Shown piece after piece: positions 11,901-20,933 of a DNA stretch of 64,000 nucleotides. Under the pieces are notes generated by a model, which was not told the DNA's origin, did not search any database, and saw only the letters and a program-made list of their open reading frames with translations. Within the stretch, counting starts at the first letter, position 1. The number at the start of each line of letters is the position of its first letter. Origin of the DNA: a virus. A program made the translations under genes and the position numbers. The stretch covers positions 28,596 through 92,595 of the IMG/VR virus record IMGVR_UViG_3300027822_000001; one strand, written 5' to 3'.

Positions 11901-12750
11901 CATGATGGAACATGTTAAAGTTAAGCTTAAAGACGGTACTGAAATGTCTTTATTAGATGCACATGATAATTCTGGAAAGATAAGAGATGACGTAGAAAAC
12001 GTATCAGAATGGAAAGCTTTCACTGAAGATGGTACTATAAATAAAGCAGCTAAGTTTAGAGCTTCAGTTCAACAACTTGTTAAAAGATTGCACGGTAACT
12101 ATGACCCTGACTCAATGATGGCGATTAAGAAAAGTGTATTAGGTAGATTTCTAATGACCTTTCATACTTACTTACCAGAAGCTATAGCTACTAGATTTGA
12201 AACTGAAAAGTTTGATGAGGAACTTAACTATATAGTAAAAGGAAGGTATAGAACTTATGGTACTTTAGGATTTAAAAGGTCTTTAACGGCACTGTCAGAT
12301 ATAATTATGAATAAATATTTTAATAAAGATATAAGTAAGTATGAGAGTATACCTAAGATAGATTTAGAAAACATGAAAAGAAATGCAGTTGAGGTTCAGT
12401 GGGGCTTATCTATGATGGCTCTTACATTACTGTCTACTATGTTCTTTGATGATGATGATAGAAAAACATTTGCTATGAGGCATACCTTAGATTTACTAGG
12501 AAGAGCACAAAATGATATAAGTCAATTTGTTAGTCCACCTGCTATTTTAAATATGGTAAAGAATCCTTTTCCGCAGTATAGAGTATTACAAAGTATGTTC
12601 AAGTATCCAGAAGTTATATATAAATATAGCACTATGGATGACATACATCATGATAATGAATATTTATTTAGAAATACAGCTAAACAATTTCCAGGAGCTA
12701 AACAATTTCACAAGATGTTTTTAGCAGAGCCTTATAAAGGTAATCAATAA
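8995..12750 (+). CDS. Large virion ejection/cargo protein (crAss-like, follows the RNAP)
   Basis: 1251 aa, helical/coiled-coil, adjacent to the vRNAP. HGNYD...GRFLMTFH and KGRYRT motifs and a C-terminal hydrophobic helix (WGLSMMALTLLSTMFF) resemble crAss-like last cargo proteins. Confidence 0.75.
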   Translation: MAKCITFDATQRKELVNLIGYDKAEELINKYKSKIPEAEVIKGIRIWDELSNNPTYAESNADLLEKSTIEFTASASSAIGKTLFKLNNELKKQRLNLRNDVDAEKSNAKIVELEDNIRQLKNNKSLMSIVDITKTSLDSWIKKDVFESKDYSISTVKKAYDELEVLDGIIKELLVREVDLKTGKNKYKFTNKKVFDEAEKVVGEIAITKNKLNGILDKVVLTEHNKVMNRNATIDDLTNYIDTDMGTAVFLDPSRTKNPIAKFVHKIMAFRSKNAKVELNETLVKTIDKLAKDSGLDMTKQANNDIFLQKDKNGKTLPNILSEYSYEYSEFYTDLRDSLASYSRVAEHVSRKNSKLAKRGNELVDKINKNYIVADTRKLLSSDEKVVEEEKSRMISEVGEEKATELIEQAIDRYDKYQNQYEAYKERLDMSKDNDSDSIESASKLAAKLKSFENRYSPLKVLEALSGEGGDILLNGFYKLAIAPKRMIDNKDTGFYDKRYNALKNNKENSKKYELLSFIKNKLKEYYSYFPPEVTDKLQDNYLAEVFGDNLFDVFKKGNVNILKDKIYESVATKEVNNIQRGIVNAKNQQIKKVPIEYMSDKIGNLNYRIKRINSKIEENNDIIESYLQDIEKYQTSQLKFTNVKSIFDSYNERIKSKYDKIAELEQQNSELSSKPKELEDAKNLMLEKKSTNIVEVMKNLGLMSLNYKNKIQIQDIVELARRKLVDGANQLVETKKGRPLRAAVTEYVNKNGQSAVEKMVNDSMDAMLYGEFKNNKGFTDKYIGIDAKSREKVSDYKKEKTKLKDKLFKGEIKDDEFIESLDTMKEMLNKEAGVRTMTLSDVADTFNAYVYRLNMGWNPLSAASNVVYGKMANQIEAGANVFYNSKDLKKAYRLLGASAMKSLTGSANTTATKIYNLILNYGTMFDLLEDSFGATKGLSDKQKKLGFLNMMEGQRRGEYRNQGAVLLAMMEHVKVKLKDGTEMSLLDAHDNSGKIRDDVENVSEWKAFTEDGTINKAAKFRASVQQLVKRLHGNYDPDSMMAIKKSVLGRFLMTFHTYLPEAIATRFETEKFDEELNYIVKGRYRTYGTLGFKRSLTALSDIIMNKYFNKDISKYESIPKIDLENMKRNAVEVQWGLSMMALTLLSTMFFDDDDRKTFAMRHTLDLLGRAQNDISQFVSPPAILNMVKNPFPQYRVLQSMFKYPEVIYKYSTMDDIHHDNEYLFRNTAKQFPGAKQFHKMFLAEPYKGNQ

Positions 12751-12759
12751 ATAATAATT

Positions 12760-12787
12760 AGGGGATGCCGTTAGGTGTCCCTTTTTT
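12760..12787 (+). terminator. Rho-independent terminator of the RNAP/cargo operon
   Basis: AGGGGATGCC-GTTA-GGTGTCCCTT hairpin followed by a T run, 10 nt after the stop codon. Confidence 0.85.
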
Positions 12788-12817
12788 GTTTTTACTCCAA
12801 ACTTCGACAGATTGAAC

Positions 12818-12869
12818 AAAAAAAAGTCCAAAAATCACACTTTTTAGTATGAAATTTGGACTTTTTTTT
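12818..12869. repeat. 15-bp inverted repeat in the convergent intergenic region (possible minus-strand terminator or protein-binding site)
   Basis: AAAAAAAAGTCCAAA (12818-12832) ... TTTGGACTTTTTTTT (12855-12869). Confidence 0.7.
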
Positions 12870-12897
12870 ATAAATTGAACTTTGCGTCATCGCCTAA

Positions 12898-13170
12898 TTA
12901 TTTTGAATCTTCGAGACTTTCTAGACTGTCTTTGTACTCTTTGAATATAGCTTCATAATCAACAGCTACCACATCAGATGCTTCTCCTGTGCTTATTGTA
13001 TCATTAAGCTTCTCATTTCCTCTTATTATTAGCTTCTTTTTAGTACCAACAGCCTCTAGTAAATTAGTAACTAGTAAGTTTGCGGCAGTTACATTCTTTG
13101 CTACAGTATATATTGAATACCATTCAGATTCCTTTGTTCCTATTGCTACTTTGTATAAGCTTAGTCTCAT
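12898..13170 (-). CDS. hypothetical protein
   Basis: 90-aa ORF coupled by ATGA overlap to the upstream gene. Confidence 0.7.
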   Translation of the reverse strand: MRLSLYKVAIGTKESEWYSIYTVAKNVTAANLLVTNLLEAVGTKKKLIIRGNEKLNDTISTGEASDVVAVDYEAIFKEYKDSLESLEDSK

Positions 13171-13961
13171 ATGTTTCTTTTAAATGATTCTTTATTAATA
13201 TTAGTTTGTTGCGGTGGAAGCTCTTTATATTTAGCTATTTCTTTTCTTATATAGTCTAAGCTTTCTTCCGGAGTTTCATTAGCTTTAGTGTAGTTAACAT
13301 AGGTATTATTAGGCTCTCCTAAAATAACTGTTGCTACTTCATATACTGGTTTTTTTATGTCATCTTCTAAAAAATATACTTCTTTAAGTTGTTTTACTCT
13401 TCTTGTTGCTCCTCCAACAGTCATTGCAACATTAGTATATCTTCTAATTAAACTTTTATCTCTATATTTTGCAAGCAGCTTCTTATACTTATATTCATTA
13501 CCATTAGCTTCATTAAAAGCTCTAATTGATATACTTTCTGGAGTTTTTGTATATTGGTTTATTTGCATATTAAAGTACTCTCCAGTAACTTCACTCTTAG
13601 GATTAGGTAGTATGGCTTTTAAGAAGTTTCTAGCTCCATCTCCTTTTGTAACCCACTTATCAGATAGGCTATCAAATTGTAGATTTATGAAGTCATCTTC
13701 TGTTATTCCAATATTTTCTAGGCTATGTCTTAAATGTTTAAGGACTGATTCTATGCTCCACACTGATTTTGCATATATTCTCCCTACCGCCTGAGATTTG
13801 TATGTCGTAGCAGGTTCAAATGTTCTTGAATGAGGGGTCTTATTAGTAGACCCCTTCATCCAAATAAACACATTCTTACTATTACTTAACACTTGTTGAA
13901 ATCCTATTATAGATAAGGTATCTACTGCAAAGACTGATTGTTTAGAGTTATAGTAATTCAT
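13167..13961 (-). CDS. hypothetical protein
   Basis: 264-aa ORF within the operon. Confidence 0.75.
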   Translation of the reverse strand: MNYYNSKQSVFAVDTLSIIGFQQVLSNSKNVFIWMKGSTNKTPHSRTFEPATTYKSQAVGRIYAKSVWSIESVLKHLRHSLENIGITEDDFINLQFDSLSDKWVTKGDGARNFLKAILPNPKSEVTGEYFNMQINQYTKTPESISIRAFNEANGNEYKYKKLLAKYRDKSLIRRYTNVAMTVGGATRRVKQLKEVYFLEDDIKKPVYEVATVILGEPNNTYVNYTKANETPEESLDYIRKEIAKYKELPPQQTNINKESFKRNI

Positions 13962-13972
13962 ATTTTATACTT

Positions 13973-14395
13973 TTATTGTATTCCAGTACTACCAAATCCA
14001 TCTTTTCCTCGGTCAGTTTCATTAAGAGACTTAACCTCTTCTAATGTTACTTTTGTTATTGGATTTATAACCATTTGAGCAATTCTATCTCCTTTATGTA
14101 TTATTTGTACTCCTTCTCCATGATTGATTAAAATAATACCTATTTCGCCTCTATAATCATAGTCTATAGTGCCTGGAGAGTTAAGAACTGTTATTCCTTT
14201 CTTAGCAGCCAGACCACTTCTAGGTCTTATCTGAGCTTCTAATCCTACTGGAAGTTCAATATACAATCCTGTAGATATAACTTCCCACTCACCCGAACGT
14301 ATTACTTGTTCTACGTTACTTCTTAAATCCATTCCTATACTACCTGTAGTTTCATATTTAGGTAATGGATTGTCAGATTTGTTTACTATTTTCAT
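13973..14395 (-). CDS. dut: dUTPase (trimeric)
   Basis: Motifs GMDL, RPRSGLA, GTIDYDYRGE, GDRIAQ, RGKDGFGSTG. Confidence 0.97.
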   Translation of the reverse strand: MKIVNKSDNPLPKYETTGSIGMDLRSNVEQVIRSGEWEVISTGLYIELPVGLEAQIRPRSGLAAKKGITVLNSPGTIDYDYRGEIGIILINHGEGVQIIHKGDRIAQMVINPITKVTLEEVKSLNETDRGKDGFGSTGIQ

Positions 14396-14922
14396 ATTGT
14401 ATTTAGTTTTATTTTTTCAAGTAGCTCTAATCTACTTCTTATTGCAGTTGGTTCGGAATCAAATAAGTCTTTGGCTCTTTCCAGCCTATGTTTTTCATCT
14501 CTTCCAGATATCTTTGTTGCTAACTTTGTTATATAAGCGTCATCACTATCTGATATGGTTTCTTGTAAAAATTTATATTCTTCTGAACTAATCATCTTAT
14601 AAAAATCTGATAGACTTGATAAAGGTAATCTTTTATAGTTTCCTTGTATCAAAATATTCCATATTTCTTTCTTTTTTGGTAAGCATTCAAATTCTAGAAT
14701 ATAATAGTTTTCTTCTTTATAGATAGCCTTAGCTTTATTTTTAGTTTCCATTTTAGTTGCCAACGCTAAATCAGAAACTCTTATAAATAATCTATATCTT
14801 CTATATCTATCTTTATATTTAAATCCAATAACTATCATTGTAAGTATATTGTCTCTAAATATTGTCTTATTTATTCCAACGAGGGGCAGAAATAGCCTTC
14901 TAAGCTTCGTTTGTTGTAACAT
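14392..14922 (-). CDS. hypothetical protein
   Basis: 176-aa ORF overlapping its neighbours. Confidence 0.7.
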   Translation of the reverse strand: MLQQTKLRRLFLPLVGINKTIFRDNILTMIVIGFKYKDRYRRYRLFIRVSDLALATKMETKNKAKAIYKEENYYILEFECLPKKKEIWNILIQGNYKRLPLSSLSDFYKMISSEEYKFLQETISDSDDAYITKLATKISGRDEKHRLERAKDLFDSEPTAIRSRLELLEKIKLNTI

Positions 14923-15301
14923 CCCTTAATTCATCCTTTTTATCTAAAAAATCAATAACGTAGCTATGTGCTTCTTCAATTAATTCGTTATACCTGTTTT
15001 TTAATAGAGCTATTGCATCTTTTTTATCTGATAGAAAAGCGTCGATATAGCAAACAAGACCATCAGTCATCTTTACTATATCACAAAAATTGGCTATTTC
15101 TACTACTCTATTAACAGCATTTTTATAAATTCTCCTACTAAAAGTTTCTCCATTTTTCATTTGTACTCCTTTAAACATTGCTACTGTCTCGTAGGCATAA
15201 TTTATGTGTGGTATTATGTCATAAGTTGTAATATTAGCTACTTCGTCTTTAAGTTCTAATTCAACTCTAATAATTTTCTTCTCTTCCATTAAATCTTCCA
15301 T
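14900..15301 (-). CDS. hypothetical protein
   Basis: 133-aa ORF within the operon. Confidence 0.7.
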   Translation of the reverse strand: MEDLMEEKKIIRVELELKDEVANITTYDIIPHINYAYETVAMFKGVQMKNGETFSRRIYKNAVNRVVEIANFCDIVKMTDGLVCYIDAFLSDKKDAIALLKNRYNELIEEAHSYVIDFLDKKDELRDVTTNEA

Positions 15302-16284
15302 TTATTTATTAACATTTTCACTGTCTCTCTATTTAATTTGGATATAAGTTCAGCTGTATCCGTTGCTTCATAATGTTCTGATATTTTTATTTCATTTATA
15401 CCATACATATTTGCATATTTGTTGCTTAAAATATATCCTTTATTTTCTTCTTTATTATAATCACAATCATATAATAAAAATAAATTAAAGTTGTCCTTTA
15501 ATACTTCTATTATATCTCTTGGGATTTCCATGTCTTCCCCTTGTGTGTTGCATACATTAAATCCTAAAGAGTCTAAGATAATACAATCTTTATTTGATTT
15601 AGTTATGATAACTTCATCTTTACTAAAATCTAAATTTTCTAGATTATGTATCATTCTCTTTGCATTAGGATAATCAGACCTCCATTTATCTCCAAGTCTA
15701 TCCAGTGGTTTATAGGCTTTTGAATGTACCTTACTTAGATATTTCTCTCTGTAGATATATATAGGGTCACCATAATATGCAGACCACACTCTTGCATTGT
15801 TTATAAGAAGTTCTTTTGCACTATATACATGATGCTTAATCAAATAGTTTAAACTTCCTATTTTCAACCTATCAAGCCAATATATTTTATCAAATTCAGT
15901 ATATACTGGTTTATTATTATATTTAAAATATATAGGTTGTAATATTTTTTCTCTTTTTATGCTACTTTGTATTTTATCTCTTTTAACAACAGCTTCTCTA
16001 TATTTTATTCCTAAGCTAGTATCTATTTTTAAGTCTATTATTATCCTATTAATAGCTTCAGTAAAAGTCATTCTATATAATTCCATTACAAAATCTATAG
16101 CATTTCCTTTAGTGTTTCCAAAGTCCTTAAAAAAGAGCAGACCTACGTTATTAACAAATATGTTAAACGAAGGTCTCTTCTCTTTTCTAAAAGGAGACTT
16201 ATAATAAGTTCCTATCTTATAGCTACCAAAGTAGTATTTAAAGATGGAGCTGCTGTACTGTAGAACTCTATCTTTAACAGTCAT
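15289..16284 (-). CDS. DNA primase (crAss-type DnaG/TOPRIM)
   Basis: SPFRKEKRPSF...FKDFG...GNAIDFV (Cys-less Zn-ribbon-like region), ITKSNKD and LLYDCD TOPRIM motifs. Confidence 0.85.
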   Translation of the reverse strand: MTVKDRVLQYSSSIFKYYFGSYKIGTYYKSPFRKEKRPSFNIFVNNVGLLFFKDFGNTKGNAIDFVMELYRMTFTEAINRIIIDLKIDTSLGIKYREAVVKRDKIQSSIKREKILQPIYFKYNNKPVYTEFDKIYWLDRLKIGSLNYLIKHHVYSAKELLINNARVWSAYYGDPIYIYREKYLSKVHSKAYKPLDRLGDKWRSDYPNAKRMIHNLENLDFSKDEVIITKSNKDCIILDSLGFNVCNTQGEDMEIPRDIIEVLKDNFNLFLLYDCDYNKEENKGYILSNKYANMYGINEIKISEHYEATDTAELISKLNRETVKMLINKWKI

Positions 16285-16291
16285 TTATTGG

Positions 16292-17386
16292 TTAGAAGAA
16301 ATTAACATCTTCTGTACCTCCATCTCCAAACGGATTGTCTGTTTCTGTTGGTTTAGAGGTTGCTGCAGCTTGTTGTCTGTTTATTACACCACTCATTAAT
16401 TTTTCAGTATAGCTACTTTTAAACTCTTTTAATCCTAAATGTGGCATTCCATTATGTCCTACAAAAATACCTTTTGATTCTGCACTATAAACCTTACCAT
16501 TAGATGCAGGCTTTCGTTCTTCTGCTAACGATTTCAAGATTCTACTAAACTCTTTATTTACTGTTAAGTTGTTATCTAAATACCAACGTTCAAATACAGG
16601 ATAATAAGACTGTCTGAACTCGTTTCTGGTACTGTTATTATTTTCAACAGTCATTAGAAGAGTAGAACCATAAGCAGATTTACCATCAGCTGTTCTTATA
16701 TCTTCATGAATAATAGATATAAGCTCTTCAAGAGATGACATATCACCTTCTAACATAGCATCGACATCTAAGTCTTCTACCAATGCAACTTTTCTATTTA
16801 AGGTAGAGTAAGCATACAAGAAGTTAATTAAATCTTCAAAGTCTAAATGACCAGTAGAGAAAGGCATACCATGTACACCATCATCATCACCATGTTCAAA
16901 CTTCTCACTTCCGAAAGCTCCGTCAACAGCAACATATGTGGTTTTACCAAATTTATTGAAGACTTTTACTTTGTCTCCTTTTTTAGTAATACTTTTTGCT
17001 TTCATAAATCTAAAAGTCAATAACTTTTTCATTTTTAAAGCATCCAAAGTTTCAACTACTAAAGTTACTTTAGCATAAGTTACTTCGTCTTCGACGACAA
17101 CAGATTCTCTGTCTGAAGGAGCTAATTCATCATATTCTTTTTGAGATACTCTTTTTTTACCACCTCGTTCTTTAAAGTCAGTCCAACCCCAACCTAGTTT
17201 AGTTGTTCCCGTATAAACTCGTTCATCTTTGTCTGTATTATAGCCATCAAATAATTTAGCCATAGTTGCATTATCAGGATTTATGATAGGCATTCCTTTT
17301 TCATCTTCTACAATTTTAACTCCAGTAACTCCAAAATATTTAGTAAATTCCTGTCGTTCCGTAAACGTATTTGCTAATTTTCCCAT
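16292..17386 (-). CDS. putative single-stranded DNA-binding protein
   Basis: Lies between the ATPase and primase; acidic/aromatic tail DNPFGDGGTEDVNFF. Confidence 0.55.
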   Translation of the reverse strand: MGKLANTFTERQEFTKYFGVTGVKIVEDEKGMPIINPDNATMAKLFDGYNTDKDERVYTGTTKLGWGWTDFKERGGKKRVSQKEYDELAPSDRESVVVEDEVTYAKVTLVVETLDALKMKKLLTFRFMKAKSITKKGDKVKVFNKFGKTTYVAVDGAFGSEKFEHGDDDGVHGMPFSTGHLDFEDLINFLYAYSTLNRKVALVEDLDVDAMLEGDMSSLEELISIIHEDIRTADGKSAYGSTLLMTVENNNSTRNEFRQSYYPVFERWYLDNNLTVNKEFSRILKSLAEERKPASNGKVYSAESKGIFVGHNGMPHLGLKEFKSSYTEKLMSGVINRQQAAATSKPTETDNPFGDGGTEDVNFF

Positions 17387-17420
17387 TTATTATATATAAA
17401 TCTTAAATTATTATTACTTG

Positions 17421-18452
17421 TTAAATAGAGTCAATAATTGAAGCTGCATCTGCTTCATTCAATGTTTGCACTTCTTCTTCAATAGGTGCCGATGCAACAG
17501 CAACATCTTCTAATGTATTAGTATTACCTCTACGTTTTTTTACTCTAAAGTCTGAAAGTTTATAAGCTGCTCTATCTGTTAATTTAGCTGCTACATTACC
17601 ATCTCCATCAAAAATAGCTACTGTTACTGCTTTATTATTGTAGCTAAATTTACCTACTTTTAATTTGCCAGATTTACTCATATCATCAGGGGCAACAACT
17701 CCATACATAGGATGTCTGAATACTTTACCTAATCTACTTCCAATAGATAATTTACCACCAGAACGAAGTGGGTATAATTTAATGAAGTTTTGTTCTCCAA
17801 TGCCACCTTCTACCATATAAGTACCTTCAGTACCTTTAATGATATTTCCAGCTCCGTCAATTTCTACTCCTGAGAAGAAACCTAAATCACACATAGATAC
17901 ATAGCAATAAGCACTAGTAGTCAAAATAAAGTTTCCGTTTTCATCAGAGCCATCAGCTTTATCTTCACTGATATCTTCATATGTACTTGTATAATATTGT
18001 TTATACAAAGGAACATTATGGTCTATTTTTATCCATTTTCCATCTCTTTTTTCTGCTTCTGAGATAACTACTCCATTATCATCTTTTTTAGAATATGTCC
18101 AATCAGATACTTCTCCATTTTTAGGAGTAATACCTTCAGGCAATTCATCAGTGATTTTACTCATTGATACAAGGGGTAATGGCATAACTCTTTCAGTAGT
18201 TTCATCAGTAACAATATTATCTAAGTAGCCACAAAACGGACTATCTTGATGATATGCTCCTCTTACTTTAAGAATATTCTTTCCACTTGAATCTAAGATA
18301 AAAGATTGAGTAGATACAGCATTTTTATCCAGTTGTTTGCCATCCCATCCAATTTGAGGTACTTTAACTTTAACTTCTCCACCAGCACGTGATAAAATTT
18401 TTAAATCTACATTTTCAAAACTGCTGCTAAATGTTCTTCTTTTTAATCCCAT
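17421..18452 (-). CDS. hypothetical replication-module protein
   Basis: 343 aa, beta-rich, acidic C-terminus. Confidence 0.7.
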   Translation of the reverse strand: MGLKRRTFSSSFENVDLKILSRAGGEVKVKVPQIGWDGKQLDKNAVSTQSFILDSSGKNILKVRGAYHQDSPFCGYLDNIVTDETTERVMPLPLVSMSKITDELPEGITPKNGEVSDWTYSKKDDNGVVISEAEKRDGKWIKIDHNVPLYKQYYTSTYEDISEDKADGSDENGNFILTTSAYCYVSMCDLGFFSGVEIDGAGNIIKGTEGTYMVEGGIGEQNFIKLYPLRSGGKLSIGSRLGKVFRHPMYGVVAPDDMSKSGKLKVGKFSYNNKAVTVAIFDGDGNVAAKLTDRAAYKLSDFRVKKRRGNTNTLEDVAVASAPIEEEVQTLNEADAASIIDSI

Positions 18453-18458
18453 TGTTTA

Positions 18459-19217
18459 TTAATTTATTTTAAATTTATAGTAGAGATTGAAAGCATTTCT
18501 TACAATCCCTAAGTCATTAGGTATTTCTTTAACTAGTCTACCTTGTTCATTAACAAATACGCCTAATACTGATTTCGCAATATCATTCTCATGTTGTGGT
18601 AATGTTCTGAATGAATATACCATATTTCTTCCTTTAAGTCTCCTTTGTGCTACTAATACTGTCGAGAATAATCCTTCTATAGTAAACTTCTCATCTAACA
18701 TCTTTCCAATAGTCTTTAATTTTATAAATATTTCTTTATCTTCTTTGTATTCATCTGTGTGCATAATAATAAACACTATTATGTCTTCTCTTAACTCTCT
18801 TAAATCATGCATTATTAAGTTAACAAATGAAAAACCCATTTGAGCATATTTCTCAAACCCAGTTTGTACTCTGCGGTCAAAGAAATCCATACTGAGAAGA
18901 TATTGAGCATCTTCTACAATTATGTTTTTAATCTTGGGGTTCTTATTAATTAACTGTAATGAGCTTGATATTTTATTATAGTTCCATCCTGTTATTTTAT
19001 TTCCAACTACTCCTTTCTTTCCGTCTTTTTCTATCATTCTAAATTCTGTGAATGTTCCTGGTGGAACAGGTAGTTCTTTGTTTACAGTATTTATTAAAAA
19101 GGTTTCTTCTGGCTTTAATCCTTCTATCTTTATATTGTCGTCTGGATAATCTAACTTACAGTAAGCAGTTGACTTTCCTGAAGCTGATTTTCCAGCAATA
19201 ACTACAATTTTTGACAT
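18459..19217 (-). CDS. P-loop ATPase (AAA_24/Sak4-like)
   Basis: Walker A GKSASGKS, Walker B IIVED, GKMLDEKFTIEGLF. Confidence 0.85.
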   Translation of the reverse strand: MSKIVVIAGKSASGKSTAYCKLDYPDDNIKIEGLKPEETFLINTVNKELPVPPGTFTEFRMIEKDGKKGVVGNKITGWNYNKISSSLQLINKNPKIKNIIVEDAQYLLSMDFFDRRVQTGFEKYAQMGFSFVNLIMHDLRELREDIIVFIIMHTDEYKEDKEIFIKLKTIGKMLDEKFTIEGLFSTVLVAQRRLKGRNMVYSFRTLPQHENDIAKSVLGVFVNEQGRLVKEIPNDLGIVRNAFNLYYKFKIN

Positions 19218-20323
19218 TATACTATATTGTATTTTTTAAATTCATACTTTTCATAGTTTAAGTCCTCTGGATTTTCAATATCTCTAAATATTCCATTTTC
19301 TCCTACGTATGCAGCAGCAACTCTTATAGCAGAGCCTCCATATCTATCTTTCTCAATACCAAATAGCCTGAATCTATCTAATAAGCCTAAGTTGTTGTTT
19401 TCTTCTGTTGGCTTTATATAATACATACTATTTTTAAATCTTACACTAGATATCTCCTCATGATAAGGACTTCCTATTGCTATACAAACATCACAATCTT
19501 GAAAGGTATTTTTTGTATCCCTTGCATCTGCATGCCCATATATTAATTTCTTCGGTCCTTCTCCTTTCTTCTCTGGGTTAACTTGTTGAATGACAACTGG
19601 AGTTAGCCCAAACTGTCTTTTCAGGTCTACAAATATCATCTTACTTACCATATCCATTGTCTTTTTTAAAGTTGAACTTGGTAATTCTGGTATTAATGCC
19701 ATATGGTCTACAGCAGCTATTACCATCTTTTTTCTATTTTTAAAATGATATAATGGTTTACCTAAAGCATCTACTCCAAATTGAACAGACTGTTGCACAC
19801 ATCTCTTATGTATATAATCATACATATCCATTGGTTTTGCAGAAGTAAAGATAGTAGTTATTTTATCAATTACTTCTAAGTATCTAATAAAACCCTCATC
19901 TTTCATGATGTTTGAAATATCCTTTGGTGGTTTTCCATACACTCCAAGTAACTTTTTTATTCCTGTTAGAGTATTCTTATGAATAAAGAGGTATCTTACA
20001 GCTGCTTTAGCTGAAATCATTACTCTATCTATCTCTAAAGAATATAAAATTACTTCAATATCATCAGCATCTAACTCTCCACTTACCACTCTATCTGCTA
20101 AATTAAATATAAACTGGTCATAAAAGAAACTACTTTTACCAGCTTTTGATGCTCCTAGTATTAAATAATACATTCCTCTCATAATTCCTCCCACTGGAGC
20201 ATTTAATTTATTTATTGTGAATGGTAATCCTTGATTAAAACCATCAATTCCATCTTGTACTGCTTTTCCTAAGGCTTTAGTTAAACTATAAGTCCTGCCC
20301 AAATCCTCCATATGAGTCATCAT
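19217..20323 (-). CDS. DnaB-like replicative helicase
   Basis: GASKAGKS, YSLEI, AVDH, VIQQVN, QDCD, KDRYG (SF4 motifs). Confidence 0.85.
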   Translation of the reverse strand: MMTHMEDLGRTYSLTKALGKAVQDGIDGFNQGLPFTINKLNAPVGGIMRGMYYLILGASKAGKSSFFYDQFIFNLADRVVSGELDADDIEVILYSLEIDRVMISAKAAVRYLFIHKNTLTGIKKLLGVYGKPPKDISNIMKDEGFIRYLEVIDKITTIFTSAKPMDMYDYIHKRCVQQSVQFGVDALGKPLYHFKNRKKMVIAAVDHMALIPELPSSTLKKTMDMVSKMIFVDLKRQFGLTPVVIQQVNPEKKGEGPKKLIYGHADARDTKNTFQDCDVCIAIGSPYHEEISSVRFKNSMYYIKPTEENNNLGLLDRFRLFGIEKDRYGGSAIRVAAAYVGENGIFRDIENPEDLNYEKYEFKKYNIV

Positions 20324-20933
20324 TTCCTCTAAATATAGTTTTCTGATGTGCTCTTCTTTCCATTATATTATGGCAATATTCTATTAAATACCCATTTTTA
20401 GCGTTTCCTGTAATAAACGTAGAACACTTTGGGGCATACTTTAAATAACCCATAGAATCTTTATCTATATTTTCTAAAAACTCCTCATTAGCTTTTAATA
20501 TCACATCTACCTCGATGTCTTCGTTATCTCTTATAAAATCATATAGATATTTTTCTGCTGCTTTTTTATCTAATAATGGATATTTTTTCATCTCTTTAGT
20601 TATTCCCATCTTGCCTCTCCAATTAGATAAAAATCTTTTAGTTACTGTATTTATAGATAGAGTACTGGAACAGGCATCTAATATCTTACAATATTTACTT
20701 CCATCATACATAGTATAGTTAAGCTCATAATTACTACCTCTCTTTAATATTATATTAGCATCTACTAATCTATTCACTATCTTCATAAGTTCTGGAACTG
20801 TAACTATTAAGTTAGGTAATAATTTATATTTTGCAGCTTCTATTACAAGTAAAGATAAAAGTTCTTCTATTCCTACATTATTAGATATTACTTTTTCATA
20901 TATTCTTTTTAAATCCATTATTAATGTATCCAA
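20286..20933 (-). CDS. hypothetical protein (possible helicase loader/initiator)
   Basis: 215-aa ORF between PolA and helicase; the function is inferred from position only. Confidence 0.6.
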   Translation of the reverse strand: MDTLIMDLKRIYEKVISNNVGIEELLSLLVIEAAKYKLLPNLIVTVPELMKIVNRLVDANIILKRGSNYELNYTMYDGSKYCKILDACSSTLSINTVTKRFLSNWRGKMGITKEMKKYPLLDKKAAEKYLYDFIRDNEDIEVDVILKANEEFLENIDKDSMGYLKYAPKCSTFITGNAKNGYLIEYCHNIMERRAHQKTIFRGNDDSYGGFGQDL